Assembly: GCA_000960865.2 (NCBI GenBank)
Contig: JZWU02000031.1
Location: 1-17,721 of the forward strand
Length of the DNA stretch: 17,721 bases
Origin: Vulcanisaeta sp. AZ3
Lineage (GTDB): Archaea > Thermoproteota > Thermoprotei > Thermoproteales > Thermocladiaceae
Reading direction: 5' to 3'
In this document: positions 15,334 to 17,721 of the stretch, piece by piece
Layout: every line of letters starts with the position of its first letter
How positions within the stretch are numbered: position 1 is the first letter of the stretch
The notes under the pieces: model-generated
Told to the model about the DNA's origin: nothing
The model's input: only the letters and a program-made list of their open reading frames with translations
The model's database searches: none
Made by a program: the position numbers and the translations under genes

Positions 15334-16716
15334 ATGCTCATTAGTTACGAAACAATAATCGTAATAATATACCTCGTAATAACAATAGCCTCATTCTACC
15401 CAATAATATACCAATTAGTGATGATTAAGATTAGTGAACATAATGTTGGATATACTGAAGAAATTAATGAGAAGTTTAATGGTAGAATAACCATGGTTAT
15501 ACCAGCCAAATCCGAACCTCTCGACCTAATTGAGCATTCCATGAGCACAGCGTCAATGATTAAGCAATATGCTCATGTGGTCTACGTGCTCGATAATTAT
15601 AGTAACGAACTAATAAGCATGATTAAGGCCATCGCTGAGAAGTATGGTGTAAAAGTAATACATAGAGAAAAGCCCCAAGGTTATAAGGGAGGCGCCCTTA
15701 ACCACGTTATTAAAAGACTTGAACTCAACAACAATGACTACATGCTCGTATTAGATATTGACTCAACCATAAACCCAGAAGCCTTTAGCAAGTTCAAGAC
15801 GATGCTAGGATCAGCAAGCGCCCTTGTCCCTCGGTGGATAGTAAGTAACAAGGACGATTCCTTATTAGCACGTGGTCAATGGATCGGTTATCTACTATTC
15901 TTCAAAATTTTGAAGGTTCTTAATAAGTTAATTAATTGGGTTCCAATTCTCGGTAGCGGTTCTCTAGTGAGTGTTGGAGAAACTAAGAAGATTGGTTACT
16001 GGCCCGAGAGCATTCTTGAGGATGTGGAGTTGGGAGTTAGGTTCTTCATCAACGGTTTGAGAGTTAGGTATATTGATAATGTGGCTGTTGGTGTTGAGGC
16101 GCCAGTTAACTATCATGCATTCGTAAAGCAACAACTTAGATGGAGCTTTGGAACAGGCTACATACTTAGGAAATACTCCTTAGCTATTCTACGTAGGAGG
16201 CATGGGTTCACAGTACTACTATATTTAAGCCAATATTTTGCCTACGTACTTCAACTACTATCAATATTAATGCTTGTCATAATGAGCATCGTGGGAATCG
16301 CAATACCCCTCTGGGCCTTTGCAATATTAATTGTGTTAGTGATGCCAACATTAATTACTTACTTATACGTATTATTAAAGCTTGATAAAGAAAACGGTGG
16401 TAATCCACGGAAAGATATCTTTGCGATTAACTCAATAAACCTGGCATACGTAATGGCATTACCAAGAATAGCAATTGCGAGCATCATGGGCTTACTAGGT
16501 ATTGATAAATTTGAGTGGATACCAACACCAAAGGGTTCTCAGAAATGGGCTAGAGAAGGCATTAACTTATTACCCGAGATTACGATGACGATTCTCATAA
16601 TCATAGCCTTTGTGATGGTAATCGCTCATATGCTACTAATAAACCTACTAATAGTAATACCATACCTAGCAGGTTATGTCAGAGGATTGTGGAGGATTAT
16701 AGAAAACACGCTTTAG
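15334..16716 (+). CDS. Membrane glycosyltransferase family 2, cellulose-synthase-like (processive type)
   Basis: N-terminal TM; VLD, YKGGALN, LDID, LEDVE and QQLRW (D,D,D,QxxRW signature); C-terminal TMs with FEWIPTPKG. Confidence 0.88.
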   Translation: MLISYETIIVIIYLVITIASFYPIIYQLVMIKISEHNVGYTEEINEKFNGRITMVIPAKSEPLDLIEHSMSTASMIKQYAHVVYVLDNYSNELISMIKAIAEKYGVKVIHREKPQGYKGGALNHVIKRLELNNNDYMLVLDIDSTINPEAFSKFKTMLGSASALVPRWIVSNKDDSLLARGQWIGYLLFFKILKVLNKLINWVPILGSGSLVSVGETKKIGYWPESILEDVELGVRFFINGLRVRYIDNVAVGVEAPVNYHAFVKQQLRWSFGTGYILRKYSLAILRRRHGFTVLLYLSQYFAYVLQLLSILMLVIMSIVGIAIPLWAFAILIVLVMPTLITYLYVLLKLDKENGGNPRKDIFAINSINLAYVMALPRIAIASIMGLLGIDKFEWIPTPKGSQKWAREGINLLPEITMTILIIIAFVMVIAHMLLINLLIVIPYLAGYVRGLWRIIENTL

Positions 16717-16740
16717 GCCATGAAGAAAAATGAATCTGTG

Positions 16741-17379
16741 TCACTTCATGTAATCAAGAATGCCACCTCCACCACCCCCACTAATATCCTTAATTCTTCT
16801 CAAATCCTCCTCTATAACGCTCCTCAACCTTGGATTATACAAAGCCGCGGCAGGATGATAGGTGGGTAATACCTTAACCTCGATATTACCAATTCTAACA
16901 TTGAAGACTCTACCCCTAATGCTACCTATGTTCGAGACAAGGTTCTCAGGATAACCTGCCATCATGAGAACCTCCCTGGCACTATGCCTACCTAAGCAAA
17001 TAATTACCTTAGGTCTAACAATCAATATTTGCGTTACCAGATAAGGCCTACATGCATCAATCTCATCAGGTTCAGGATCCCTATTATTGGGAGGCCTACA
17101 CTTGACAATATTAGTTATATAAACATCCTCTCTCCTAATACCAACACTATTCAACAACTTAGTTAATAATTGACCCGCAGCACCAACAAAAGGCCTACCC
17201 TCTTCATCCTCCCTCTCTCCAGGGGCCTCCCCGATCATCATTATACTTGCATTTAAAGGTCCCTCACCGGGAACAACTCTCTTCCTCGCTAGATGTAATT
17301 TGCATCTTGTGCATTTTGTCATTAACTGCAATAATTCATCGTAATTATGCACATTCATCCTAAGCCTCATCACATCCAT
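16741..17379 (-). CDS. udg: Uracil-DNA glycosylase, family 4 ([4Fe-4S])
   Basis: CTRCKL, MIGEAPG..ED..GRPFVG.AG, NIVKCRPP.NR.P...EI.AC, LPTYHPAA. The true start may be the ATG at 17370 or 17358. Confidence 0.95.
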   Translation of the reverse strand: MDVMRLRMNVHNYDELLQLMTKCTRCKLHLARKRVVPGEGPLNASIMMIGEAPGEREDEEGRPFVGAAGQLLTKLLNSVGIRREDVYITNIVKCRPPNNRDPEPDEIDACRPYLVTQILIVRPKVIICLGRHSAREVLMMAGYPENLVSNIGSIRGRVFNVRIGNIEVKVLPTYHPAAALYNPRLRSVIEEDLRRIKDISGGGGGGILDYMK

Positions 17380-17448
17380 AAGAATTCAAGGAATTACTGA
17401 AACCGGAGGTTGTTTTTATTTTTAAGGGGAAGAAACTTTAGTAAGGCC

Positions 17449-17640
17449 TTAAGTTAGTATATTACCATGTTCATCCAGCTTGGCTAAGACCTTTCTAGCA
17501 ACCTTACCGGTTGGCAATCTGAAGAGACCCATTACGAAGCCCTTCCTACCCTTTGGTTGTACCTTCCAAACCTTCGTAGGCTTCAACTTCCTACCCTCAA
17601 CCTCATACTCCCTCTTAGCCAAATCCTCAAGAGACACCAT
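17449..17640 (-). CDS. creN7: Chromatin protein Cren7 (Thermoproteales-type)
   Basis: LKP.KVW...PKGRKG...GLF..P.GK..RK core typical of Cren7; basic 63-aa protein with a strong TATA box upstream. Confidence 0.88.
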   Translation of the reverse strand: MVSLEDLAKREYEVEGRKLKPTKVWKVQPKGRKGFVMGLFRLPTGKVARKVLAKLDEHGNILT

Positions 17641-17664
17641 ACGTAGTCATTATCAAAACGCAGA

Positions 17665-17672
17665 TTTATAAA
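17665..17672 (-). promoter_or_regulatory. TATA box for creN7
   Basis: Consensus TTTATAAA ending 25 nt before the ATG at 17640. Confidence 0.65.
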
Positions 17673-17721
17673 TATATCGCTTCAGAAAGACCCATAAAAA
17701 TATAAGGACAAGGATATGAAT

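Noticed and set aside
1954-17671. Other short overlapping ORFs in the track (e.g. 1954-2319, 2673-2948, 3204-3404, 3514-3828, 4009-4278, 5652-5876, 6163-6408, 6552-6773, 7298-7567, 7476-7694, 7971-8186, 8032-8433, 10256-10447, 12197-12607, 12755-13096, 13093-13422, 13376-13576, 14073-14294, 14144-14422, 14850-15089, 15043-15252, 17480-17671)
   Set aside because: All lie antisense to or out of frame within well-supported genes, with atypical composition and no recognisable motifs.
17716-17721. Possible start (ATGAAT) of a plus-strand gene at the right edge
   Set aside because: Only two codons are visible, so it cannot be supported.

Overview
AT-rich, gene-dense chromosomal segment from a hyperthermophilic crenarchaeon of the order Thermoproteales. 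It looks Vulcanisaeta/Caldivirga-like, judged from ThermoDBP, a Pyrobaculum-type Cren7 and TATA boxes about 25 nt upstream of start codons; the genus is an inference. Gene order: a membrane Fe-S/CCG (FadF/EMO-like) oxidoreductase that runs off the left edge and is missing from the ORF track, etfA, etfB (all minus), pheS, a presenilin-type intramembrane protease, an SCP2-type thiolase with a DUF35 partner, a tandem winged-helix gene whose 5' end appears broken by a +1 frameshift, a small Zn-ribbon protein, a minus-strand pheT-dtdA-DUF429-hypothetical run, a membrane-anchored YbhB/YbcL (PEBP) protein, ThermoDBP, an HTH-phosphoribosyltransferase, a cellulose-synthase-like GT2, family-4 UDG and Cren7. 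I saw no tRNA, rRNA, CRISPR array or mobile element. The region is mostly housekeeping. The best leads are the frameshifted wHTH gene, the pheT-dtdA-DUF429-hypothetical operon, the altered Fe-S ligands of the ETF-linked oxidoreductase, and several regulatory palindromes. All family calls are from motif recognition by eye; no searches were run.
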